Shown here: in pieces, positions 38,665 through 47,190 of the stretch
Numbering within the stretch: position 1 is the stretch's first letter
Layout of the letters: each line of letters starts with the position of its first letter
Assembly (NCBI GenBank): GCA_036679605.1
Contig: JAZDCZ010000365.1
Span: forward strand, 32,001 to 96,000
Direction of reading: 5' to 3'
Source: Gemmatimonadota bacterium
GTDB taxonomy: Bacteria > Gemmatimonadota > Gemmatimonadetes > Gemmatimonadales > GWC2-71-9
Length of the DNA stretch: 64,000 nucleotides
Translations under genes and position numbers: made by a program
Notes under the pieces: generated by a model
What the model was told of the DNA's origin: nothing
Databases searched by the model: none
The model's input: only the letters and a program-made list of their open reading frames with translations

Positions 38665-39891
38665 ATGAGAATGGGCCGTCACGTGCGGTTCTCGTTGAGT
38701 GACATCTTCTGCATGGGCGTGGGTCTTTGTGCCCTCTCTGTATGCACTTCGGCCTGTGGGAGCGATTCGAAGATTTCGCAAACGGCTGACTGGACCGTGC
38801 GCGACAGCGCCGGAGTCACCCTGGTTTCCAACCACACGGACGGTTTGACACGCGGCTGCGTGACGTTTTCCCAAGACCCCGAAACCACCATACCCTCGAG
38901 TGGCTTTAGTCCCCCACTGTACCGTGTGCGAGGAGGAGTAGTGCTGGACGACGGCCGGATCGCCGTCTTGAATGCCGGGAACAAGGAACTCCTCTTCTTT
39001 GGAGCCGACGGCAGGTTTGAACGTGCGGTCGGTCGTTCTGGACGCGGCCCGGGAGAATTTGTCGATCCGAGATGGCTGGGTCAGGGGAACAACGACACGT
39101 TATTCGTATGGGATGGTGGTTTGATGCGGCTCTCGACATTCGATGGGACGGGAGAGTTACTAGCGCTACATGAAGTGCGAGTCGGCGTTGAGGAGCGAAA
39201 GCCCATCGCGATCCGCGGACGGTTCGATGATGGCTCCTTCTTCTTCAGCCCCGGACCGCTGATGTTCTTTGACGGCACCGCCGGTATCTTGCGGTTTCCC
39301 GAAACGTACGGACGCTACAACGTTGAGACGCGTCAGGCGGAGCAGCTAGTCGAGGGGGCAAGCTCGGAGACGGTGGCTGGCCCGGGCGTGCCGGTGTACG
39401 AGCTGCCCTTCGGCAAGATGGACGTAGCGATCGCAAACGGCGACGCTGTGGTAATCGGCGACAATGGCACGTCCATTTTGCGGTATTACGATCTACAAGG
39501 ACAACTCCGCCGTATAGTGGAGTGGATGTCAGAACCGATTCCGATCACGGATCGCGACCAGAGGGCATACCGTCAGGATTTTGACGAATCAGTTCCGGCA
39601 CGTTTTCACCTACCCGCCACTGCCCGATTTGCCAAAGAGCGACCCAGATTCTCGTCAATAACGAGCGATACGATTGGGTGGATTTGGGTACGATCATACA
39701 CCGCGGGCTGGGAGTCCTCGGGCCATTGGCTGGTCTTTGATGAGGACGGCGTTTTGATATGCTCCGTCAACCCACCACCGGCTCGTCGATTCCGCCCGCT
39801 GCAGATAAGTGAGACGCACATGCTGGGCGTGCAGCGCAATGAGGACGGTGAGGAGACTCTGGTGCTTTATTCCCTTGTCCGCAACATGTGA
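38665..39891 (+). CDS. 6-bladed beta-propeller lipoprotein (cassette gene)
   Basis: AGGAGG SD; lipobox TSA-C; VRDSAGVTLVSN, VGRSGRGPGEF, WLVFDEDG; starts right after the attC. Confidence 0.88.
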   Translation: MRMGRHVRFSLSDIFCMGVGLCALSVCTSACGSDSKISQTADWTVRDSAGVTLVSNHTDGLTRGCVTFSQDPETTIPSSGFSPPLYRVRGGVVLDDGRIAVLNAGNKELLFFGADGRFERAVGRSGRGPGEFVDPRWLGQGNNDTLFVWDGGLMRLSTFDGTGELLALHEVRVGVEERKPIAIRGRFDDGSFFFSPGPLMFFDGTAGILRFPETYGRYNVETRQAEQLVEGASSETVAGPGVPVYELPFGKMDVAIANGDAVVIGDNGTSILRYYDLQGQLRRIVEWMSEPIPITDRDQRAYRQDFDESVPARFHLPATARFAKERPRFSSITSDTIGWIWVRSYTAGWESSGHWLVFDEDGVLICSVNPPPARRFRPLQISETHMLGVQRNEDGEETLVLYSLVRNM

Positions 39892-40023
39892 GACCACTCC
39901 TTCCGTCCTACACCGGAATGAGGAGAGGCAGTGAGACGCCGGCAGCTATCTTGCACGAAGGCTTAGCTGCTTGTTTGGCGATATGGCAATCGGCATCCCT
40001 GACTGTTGCTGATGGTGCTCGCA

Positions 40024-40063
40024 GTCTAACTGGCGCATGAAGCGTGACGAGCGCGGTAGGAGC
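40024..40063 (+). other. Left half of an attC site (truncated)
   Basis: GTCTAAC-TGGCGCATGAAGCGTGACGAGCGCGGTAGGA resembles the half-site at 36687 (GTCTAAC-AAGCGCTGGCTGCCGGCGCGGTAGGGA). Confidence 0.55.
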
Positions 40064-40130
40064 AATTGGATTGTTCGCATGGTGACATTGATTGGAACTG
40101 AGGCCGGTATCCTTAGGACTTGAAGAGGCT

Positions 40131-41141
40131 ATGAAGGCGATTGTCCAAGAGAAATACGGATCTCCTGATGATCTAGAGCTCCGAGAAGTCGACAAGCCGG
40201 CGGTCGGCGATGATGAAGTCTTGGTGCGGGTACGCGCGGCTTCGGTCCATCCGGATGTCTGGCACGTCGTGACCGGGCAGCCTTATGTCCTTCGCCTGAT
40301 GGGGGCTGGGTTTTCCAGACCCAAGAACCCGATCCCCGGCACAGACATGGCGGGAATCGTCGAGTCAGTCGGCAAGAGTGTGACACAGTTTCGGACGGGT
40401 GACGAGGTATTCGGGGAAACCATCGCCGTCAACTACTGGGCCAACGGCGGCGCTTTTTCCGAATATGTGTCCGTTCGACACGACCTACTGGCGCTCAAGC
40501 CTGACAACATCACGTTCGAACAAGCCGCCTCCGTTCCCGCTTCCGGATTCATCGCCCTGTTGAATCTCCGAGGAGCGAGGCAAGCCTTCCCAGGGCAGGA
40601 GGTATTGGTCAACGGCGCTGGGGGCGGAGTCGGTGGCCTCGCATTACAGATCGCGAAGGCCTACGGCGCGCACGTGACCGCGGTGGACATTACGAGCAAG
40701 TTGAGCATGCTCCGCTCATTGGGGGCAGACCAGGTCATCGATTACACCCAGGAGGATTTTACCCGTCGTGGCGTTCGTTACGATCTCATCTTCGATGTTC
40801 CGGGGGACCGCCCGTTCTCAGCTTGCAGGCGCGCACTCAAACCTGAGGGGAGATACGTGCCAATTGGACATGGTAGATTTGGCGCGTCAGGCAGGCGTGT
40901 TTTCGGACTCTTACCCCATTTTTTCAAACTGATGTTCCTCGCACGCTTCGTGAAGCAACTGCGAGGTCCGGGCTTACCGATGCCCACCAGGAAAGACGCA
41001 ATGGCCGTGCTCAGGGAATTCCTCGAAGCTGGAAAGATCACACCGATCATTGACAGTACCTATCCGCTGAGTGAGGTCCGCGAGGCTTTCCGGCACATGA
41101 TCGAGGATGAACTCCAAGGAAAAGTGATCATCATCCCATGA
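40131..41141 (+). CDS. NAD(P)-dependent medium-chain dehydrogenase / quinone oxidoreductase-like
   Basis: MKAIVQEKYGSPD, VLVRVRAASV, PGTDMAGIVE, VLVNGAGGGVG, LGADQVIDYT, GKVII. Confidence 0.9.
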   Translation: MKAIVQEKYGSPDDLELREVDKPAVGDDEVLVRVRAASVHPDVWHVVTGQPYVLRLMGAGFSRPKNPIPGTDMAGIVESVGKSVTQFRTGDEVFGETIAVNYWANGGAFSEYVSVRHDLLALKPDNITFEQAASVPASGFIALLNLRGARQAFPGQEVLVNGAGGGVGGLALQIAKAYGAHVTAVDITSKLSMLRSLGADQVIDYTQEDFTRRGVRYDLIFDVPGDRPFSACRRALKPEGRYVPIGHGRFGASGRRVFGLLPHFFKLMFLARFVKQLRGPGLPMPTRKDAMAVLREFLEAGKITPIIDSTYPLSEVREAFRHMIEDELQGKVIIIP

Positions 41142-41276
41142 CGATGACGGACACCGTTTTGTTTTTGGTGTGGTGATGTGGGCTCATTACGGCCAACGGT
41201 TTGGGCGACGTGGAATTCGCGCGTGAACTGATGGAGGAATTGGATGTGAACAATCACAATGTAGGAGCGGACGAAA

Positions 41277-41741
41277 ATGGCGAAACGAAAAATCAGAGTT
41301 GTTCAGCCCACCGACCAGGTCAAGGTGATGTTTGGAGCCGGTGATGATTACCGGTTTCTGGCTACTGGAGACGATACCGATAACAGCTATTTCCTTGTTG
41401 AGGCTATTGTGCCTCCGGGAGGCGGCCCACCTCCACATATCCAGACGAGAGAGGAGGAAGCGTTTTACATACTCGAAGGGGTGGTTTCGTTTTATGGTGA
41501 AGACGGGGAAATCGAAGCTGGACCGGGAACGTACCTCAACATCCCGAAGGGAGCCAAGCATAGCTTTCGTAACAACTCGAACGAGACCGTCCGTATGCTG
41601 TTTTTCTTTGCTCCTGCCGGAATCGAAGGACTTTTCGACGCAATGGCCACGACGAAAGAATCAGCCGGTGATATTGAGTCCACGATGGCAGCTTTGAATA
41701 CATTGGGGAAGAGTTATGGCGTGGAATATTTTGCAGAGTGA
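41277..41741 (+). CDS. Cupin domain protein (quercetin dioxygenase-like)
   Basis: PPGGGPPPHIQTREEEAFYILEG, IPKGAKHSFRN, PAGIEGLF. Confidence 0.85.
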   Translation: MAKRKIRVVQPTDQVKVMFGAGDDYRFLATGDDTDNSYFLVEAIVPPGGGPPPHIQTREEEAFYILEGVVSFYGEDGEIEAGPGTYLNIPKGAKHSFRNNSNETVRMLFFFAPAGIEGLFDAMATTKESAGDIESTMAALNTLGKSYGVEYFAE

Positions 41742-41745
41742 TCTC

Positions 41746-42588
41746 CTAGCGGCCGCGCCAGACACCTTTGGCCCGAGCTGCCACGGCACCGATTAGTCCT
41801 TCGAGCGCCTTTCGTGCCCTGCGCATGGAGTAAGCGTAGAGGGCTCGGAATCCTTTCACGCCGAGGCCCCCGCCTACCAAGGCACCCCCGACCGCGGCGA
41901 CCGGTCCAATCCCAATTGCCACTCCAAGCGCAATTCCCACACCGAGGCCCGCACCTCCGGTGAGTGCCGTCGCTAACAATCCCAGAACGAGGCCGATGTT
42001 GTGCGCCGTTGCGGGGCTGTGCACCGTCATCTCACAGGAGGACGTAGACCCCTCGATAGGCCGCAGTGAGACGAACACCTGCCGAAGCCCTGCATCTCTC
42101 GCTGCGAACGCGAACCCTTGGGTGGAGAAGGGAGTACTGTGTCCTTGAATATCGAAGACCAGTAGGCCTCGATTGAGCGGATCGCCCTGCTGGTCGGTCA
42201 ACGTCAGGCGAAAAGGTTCGTCGGGAAACACGGTCTCCATCGCCGAGAACACTTCTTGGGGTGTTGCTTCGATCACGCGCCGGACGGTAAGCGTATTGGG
42301 CGGATGATTCAGGAATCTCCGGGCAAGGGTATTGCTCTTCTCCACGTTGGGGAGTGTGCGCTCCGCACGCAGGTCGGCTAGGGCGGCTTCCACGAATTCG
42401 TTGGCGATGCCGGCCTCCAGTGCCGCGGAGCGAACGTGCGTGAGCGCATACCCCGGTGGGGGCATGGCAGCGCCATGGACCTCCGGTCCCTCGACTCTCC
42501 CGGCTGCCTCTGCCTGAAGCTGAGCAGCCCGGTCCCACAGACGGGCCGCCTCTTCCTCGCTGAGAATCTCGGGATCGCGCTCCGTCAT
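41746..42588 (-). CDS. Hypothetical membrane protein
   Basis: LSEEEAARLWDRAAQLQ, AALEAGI..FVEAAL; Gly-rich C-terminal TM hairpin. Confidence 0.7.
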   Translation of the reverse strand: MTERDPEILSEEEAARLWDRAAQLQAEAAGRVEGPEVHGAAMPPPGYALTHVRSAALEAGIANEFVEAALADLRAERTLPNVEKSNTLARRFLNHPPNTLTVRRVIEATPQEVFSAMETVFPDEPFRLTLTDQQGDPLNRGLLVFDIQGHSTPFSTQGFAFAARDAGLRQVFVSLRPIEGSTSSCEMTVHSPATAHNIGLVLGLLATALTGGAGLGVGIALGVAIGIGPVAAVGGALVGGGLGVKGFRALYAYSMRRARKALEGLIGAVAARAKGVWRGR

Positions 42589-42857
42589 GTGGAACCTGAA
42601 CCTTTCCTGTTCGTTGCTGCGTTAGACAGAGGGGGAAGCCCCTGCGAGCATTGGCTTGATTCGAGAGAACCTAAGGGATATGCTTGCCTAGCGGAGCCGT
42701 AGGTGCCACGATGGGGTCGATCATGTCGTCAACAATCACCATTCGTTATGCATTAACGTGCGCCATGCTTGCTTCTCCGGCATGTGGCGCAGGCCCTGAA
42801 AGTGGTCGGGACGCCGTGCCGTGCGAGACCGCGGACACCTCAAGGGGAGACAGACTC

Positions 42858-43211
42858 ATGAGCCAAGCTGAGCAAGACCGTCGTGTGGACTACATTGAGT
42901 TTCTGACCACAAACATTGAGGAGACCAAGAGGTTTTACTCGAAGGTTTTCGGTTGGGAGTTCACTGACTATGGTCCTGATTACACAAGCTTCACCGACGG
43001 TCGATTAACCGGCGGTTTTACTGTTGCGACGGAAGTAACGGCAGGCGGTCCATTAGTCGTGCTCTATTCCACGAATCTGGAAGAGATCGAAGCTAGTATC
43101 AGAGAGAGCGGGGGGCAGATCGTCCGAGAGGTATTCGAGTTTCCGGGTGGACGACGCTTTCACTTCACCGATCCGAGTGGGAATGAGTTGGCTGTTTGGT
43201 CAGATCGATGA
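42858..43211 (+). CDS. VOC/glyoxalase family protein
   Basis: VDYIEF, FYSKVFGWEFTDYGPDY, FPGGRRFHFTDPSGNELAVWS; GGAGA SD before ATG 42858. Confidence 0.92.
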   Translation: MSQAEQDRRVDYIEFLTTNIEETKRFYSKVFGWEFTDYGPDYTSFTDGRLTGGFTVATEVTAGGPLVVLYSTNLEEIEASIRESGGQIVREVFEFPGGRRFHFTDPSGNELAVWSDR

Positions 43212-43325
43212 TTTCTAGCCTGAACCACAGCGGTGACGGGTGGGCGCTGCCGCCGACCAGCGCGGTACGGAATCTAGTTTTTCTTAGGTCCGCTAGGTGG
43301 CCCGGTTATGTCTGGCCCATTGATA

Positions 43326-43952
43326 CTACTTGGTACCCGAGGCCACGAAGATACTGATCGCGGCGGATTCCCCGCCGCTCGACTCAACGCAACAGTCCTC
43401 TCCGACACAATCCACTACCACGTCATGGAGCCCGGCTTCGCGAAACCAACGGGCTACATCATCGCGGGCGAACCCAAGCCATCTGTCGTTATGTTCTTCC
43501 CGCAGGAATTCGAAGTCGTGTTCGTCGACGTCTGTTATCACCAGCACGCCTCCGGGACGGAGTATGTCTGTCATAGCCGTGATCGCCGCCGGAGGGTCTT
43601 CCACGTGGTGTAGATACATGTTGGCAAACACGTAGTCTACACTCTCTTCGTCGATGCCGAGGTTCGAGTCGCCGCCCACTCTGTACTGTACGTGACCCGC
43701 GGTCGAGAACTTCTGCTTCATCTGTTCCAGCATGCGCTGCGATTGGTCCACGGCCACGACTTCTAAGCCTCGCGCCAACAGCGCCTCGGTCATGAACCCC
43801 GTGCCCGCTCCGATGTCGGCCGCAAGTTGTCCGGGTTTGACGTCGGCTACATCGAGTGCACGGTCCCGCACGGCTTCAGGGAAGAAGCTCTTGCGCATAT
43901 CGTCCCAGGCATCCGCCACACCATCGAAGTATTCCTTGCTTCCTTCTGTCAT
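43326..43952 (-). CDS. Class I SAM-dependent methyltransferase
   Basis: YFDGVADAWD, ADIGAGTGF, VDQSQRML, MYLHHVEDP, ILRPGG. Confidence 0.9.
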   Translation of the reverse strand: MTEGSKEYFDGVADAWDDMRKSFFPEAVRDRALDVADVKPGQLAADIGAGTGFMTEALLARGLEVVAVDQSQRMLEQMKQKFSTAGHVQYRVGGDSNLGIDEESVDYVFANMYLHHVEDPPAAITAMTDILRPGGVLVITDVDEHDFEFLREEHNDRWLGFARDDVARWFREAGLHDVVVDCVGEDCCVESSGGESAAISIFVASGTK

Positions 43953-44080
43953 CTGACCCTCTACTCTGAGGAGTAACACACCGGATTAGATAGTCGGGTG
44001 GGGTCACCGAATCCGTCAAATCCAAAGCGGAGAATAGTGCACGGTGACCAAATCGTGCAAACCTTCTAGATTCAGCGGCT

Positions 44081-45505
44081 ATGTCCTCAGCCGCCGATCG
44101 AGCATCAATGTCCGAAAAGTCGTTCCAGTTTTGGCCCGCCGTCCGAGAGGCGATCCGTGGAACGCAGCAGGACTTCACCTCCGGGCCAATCGGCCGGGCG
44201 ATTCTGTTGCTGGCGGTCCCGATGGTACTGGAAACCGCGATGGAATCGGTGTTCGCCGTGGTGGACGTGTTCTTTGTGTCGCGTCTGGGCCCCGAGGCGA
44301 TCGCCACAGTAGGACTCACAGAATCGATGCTCACACTGATTTACACGGTGGCACTGGGTTTGAGCATCGGTGTCACTGCGATGGTGGCGCGACGCATCGG
44401 AGAGAAAGACCCCGACGGTGCCGCTCGTACTGCCGTCCAAGCGATCGCCCTCGGAATTGGCGTCGCCGCGATCCTCGGCGTCGTGGGGGGGATGTTTGCA
44501 CCACACCTGCTCGGCCTGATGGGGGCAGCGCCCGAGGTGATCGGACCGGGAGCCGCGTACACTCGCGTCATGCTCAGCGCCAACGCCACCGTGCTTTTGT
44601 TGTTTCTGATAAACGCAATCTTCCGCGGTGCGGGCGATGCGGCCATCGCGATGCGGATGCTGTGGCTTGCCAACGGAATAAATATCTTTCTGGATCCCGC
44701 GCTCATTTTTGGCATCGGACCTTTTCCCGAACTCGGCATCCAAGGCGCTGCTATTGCGACCAACATCGGGCGCGGCACGGCTGTGCTCGCCCAACTCTGG
44801 GTCCTGTCGCGTGCAACCGGCCGAATCAAGATCGCCGCCCGACACCTGCGACTGTATCCGCAGGTGATGTGGGAACTCATTCGGTTGTCGGGAACAGGCA
44901 TGTTCCAGGTCTTCATTGGGATGGCGAGTTGGATCGGGTTGATCCGCATCTTGGCCGGGTTCGGTAGCGAGGTTCTCGCGGGCTACACGATCGGCATTCG
45001 CGTCATCATCTTCGCGCTGTTGCCCAGTTGGGGGATGAGCAATGCCGCCGCCACCATGGTAGGTCAGGCGCTCGGCGCCAAGAAGCCAGATCGGGCCGAG
45101 CGTTCAGTGTGGATCGCAGGATTCTACAACATGATCTTCTTGGGAACGATAGGTCTGCTGTTCATTCTATTCGCGCCACAGATCGTCTCCGTGTTCACCA
45201 GTGAACCCGAACCCGCGCGCTACGCCGTGCTGTGTCTCAGGATAGTGAGTTCGGGATTCTTGTTCTACGCCTACGGCATGGTGCTCACCCAGTCGTTCAA
45301 CGGAGCAGGGGACATGTGGACTCCCACGATCATCAATCTGTTTTGCTTCTGGCTGTTCGAGCTGCCTTTCGCATACGTGATGGCCTACGTGTTCGATGTT
45401 GGACCGGTCGGGGTGTTCGTTGCCATGACCGTTGCGTTCTCATCCTTGGCTCTGGTGAGTGCGGTAGTGTTTAGGAGGGGCAAGTGGAAGAACACGGTGG
45501 TGTAA
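44081..45505 (+). CDS. MATE family efflux transporter
   Basis: LLAVPMVLE..VVDVFFVSRLG, FRGAGD, NIFLDP.LIFG, MVGQALGAK; about 12 TM. Confidence 0.93.
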   Translation: MSSAADRASMSEKSFQFWPAVREAIRGTQQDFTSGPIGRAILLLAVPMVLETAMESVFAVVDVFFVSRLGPEAIATVGLTESMLTLIYTVALGLSIGVTAMVARRIGEKDPDGAARTAVQAIALGIGVAAILGVVGGMFAPHLLGLMGAAPEVIGPGAAYTRVMLSANATVLLLFLINAIFRGAGDAAIAMRMLWLANGINIFLDPALIFGIGPFPELGIQGAAIATNIGRGTAVLAQLWVLSRATGRIKIAARHLRLYPQVMWELIRLSGTGMFQVFIGMASWIGLIRILAGFGSEVLAGYTIGIRVIIFALLPSWGMSNAAATMVGQALGAKKPDRAERSVWIAGFYNMIFLGTIGLLFILFAPQIVSVFTSEPEPARYAVLCLRIVSSGFLFYAYGMVLTQSFNGAGDMWTPTIINLFCFWLFELPFAYVMAYVFDVGPVGVFVAMTVAFSSLALVSAVVFRRGKWKNTVV

Positions 45506-45520
45506 GGCGTGTGAAACCTG

Positions 45521-45997
45521 TCATTCGACTCGTACAAGAGTCGTGATTCGTGTCTCCGTACCATCACCTGACACACGTTTGATTCTCAAAGTGTCGCCAG
45601 ACATGGAGATGTTGTAGGTGTAGCTACTTCCATCCATAGAGTTGGGACTCTTGGCAAGAGTTGGTGTTATCGTAAGAGTCGAATCGGTTGCCTGGTAGGT
45701 GCCGGAGTGCGCATGGAACACGTCGAACGCAGCGAGTCGAGCGGAATCACTCGTCTCCGCAGTGAATAGATCTCTCGGTCTGCTCTCGCGTATCTCCTGC
45801 ACACTGAAATGCCGCTGGGCGAAAATGTATTGACCGGGCTGGGGGCTCGCTTCGCGCCGAGTAGAGCCGTTGCTTGTGAATGACCGCTCCACGACGTGCC
45901 ACACACCGCGGATCGCCACGTTCTCTGGTTCGTTACTGCAACTTGAGGCCATGCCGGCACATAGCACTGCGATAAGAATCGGCGAACGACGAGCCAT
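45521..45997 (-). CDS. Lipoprotein, lipocalin-like beta-barrel
   Basis: Lipobox ASS-C; IRGVWHVVE; AHSGTY. Confidence 0.65.
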   Translation of the reverse strand: MARRSPILIAVLCAGMASSCSNEPENVAIRGVWHVVERSFTSNGSTRREASPQPGQYIFAQRHFSVQEIRESRPRDLFTAETSDSARLAAFDVFHAHSGTYQATDSTLTITPTLAKSPNSMDGSSYTYNISMSGDTLRIKRVSGDGTETRITTLVRVE

Positions 45998-46014
45998 TTT
46001 GCGATGCGGAATTG

Positions 46015-46281
46015 CTATCTTTCTGTCTTCTCTTTCTTCGGTTGTGTGAGCAAGCGTTCGTGAAAATCGATACGCTCCTGTAGTTCGATGATCTCTTCGC
46101 GCATGCCGTGTGATTGGTCCATTAGCCGATCGATCGTATCGGCCATTCGTTCGAGTGCTTCGGGATCCTTCTGCTGCGCTAACTTGGCCGTTAGCCGCAT
46201 CTTCAATCCGATCAATATGAACGTTCCGATGCCGAGCATCGCCATCAGCGGTGCAATGGCCTCTACGATCTCTGGGGGCAT
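46015..46281 (-). CDS. Small membrane protein (single TM + coiled coil)
   Basis: N-terminal TM; ELQERIDFHERLL. Confidence 0.7.
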   Translation of the reverse strand: MPPEIVEAIAPLMAMLGIGTFILIGLKMRLTAKLAQQKDPEALERMADTIDRLMDQSHGMREEIIELQERIDFHERLLTQPKKEKTER

Positions 46282-46499
46282 GTGATCCTCGGTGCCAGTT
46301 CTGGTCTGAAGTTACTACGCAGCCACAGGGATGCGAGATTCAGGCTTTTCCACGTTCCACATCTGACGCCCTCCCGCTCTCCAGCACGCCTCGATTTCCG
46401 GCCCCGCCGTGCATAAAAAAGGTACGGTCACTGGCCTGCGACCGACGCATAGTAGGCCATGTTTCGTACTTGCGTTCTACTTACCGCCGAGGTGAAATT

Positions 46500-47048
46500 A
46501 TGGGTATGGCAGCTCCTGTCTACTACTCCGCCGAGATGGTTCTGGCGTTGCCGGACGACGGCAAGCGCTACGAGACGGTGCACGGAGAGTTGCTCGTGAC
46601 GGCGACTCCGCACGCGTGGCACCAAGTTGTTTTGGGAAGAATACAATCGGCTCTCTGGAGCTTCCTGCATGACCATCACGTAGCTCATCTGTTTGCCTCC
46701 CCGGCAGACATCTCCTGGGGTCCCGACATTCTGGTGCAGCCCGATCTGTTCGTGGTGAATCTGGAACAAGCGCGCACTCTCGATTGGTCGCGCATGCAAG
46801 ATCTTTTTCTGACAGTAGAAGTCTTGAGTCCGTCCACCAGCCGCCACGACAGGTTCACCAAACGGAGACTGTATCAGGAGGTCGGTATTCCGTTGTACTG
46901 GATTGTTGATCCTGACGAGCACGCCGTAGAAGTGTGGACACCTGAGAGTACTTTCCCGACCATCGAGCGTGAACGTGTTGTGTGGCAACCCGATGGAGCA
47001 AGCGAGCGCCTGACGATCGGCCTTGAGGAGTTGTTCCGGCCGATCTAG
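46500..47048 (+). CDS. Uma2 family PD-(D/E)xK endonuclease
   Basis: LPDDGKRYE..HGEL, H, VQPDLFV, VEVLSPST..D...KR.LY...GIPLYWIVDP. Confidence 0.92.
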   Translation: MGMAAPVYYSAEMVLALPDDGKRYETVHGELLVTATPHAWHQVVLGRIQSALWSFLHDHHVAHLFASPADISWGPDILVQPDLFVVNLEQARTLDWSRMQDLFLTVEVLSPSTSRHDRFTKRRLYQEVGIPLYWIVDPDEHAVEVWTPESTFPTIERERVVWQPDGASERLTIGLEELFRPI

Positions 47049-47190
47049 CAGTCCGCCGCTTCCAGCCGCCCGCCCACTCTGGTGGAATCTTCCCACGACC
47101 CTTGCGGCCGAGTCCGGTCAACGATTCGCTAAACTGATGCGTAGTCCAGATGTATCGCATCTCTTCGAATACCCAAATACAGAGAGCCCC

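Noticed and set aside
30949..43300. Integron integrase, phage integrase or transposase gene in the accessory region
   Set aside because: No ORF shows tyrosine-recombinase (R...HxxR...Y) or DDE motifs.
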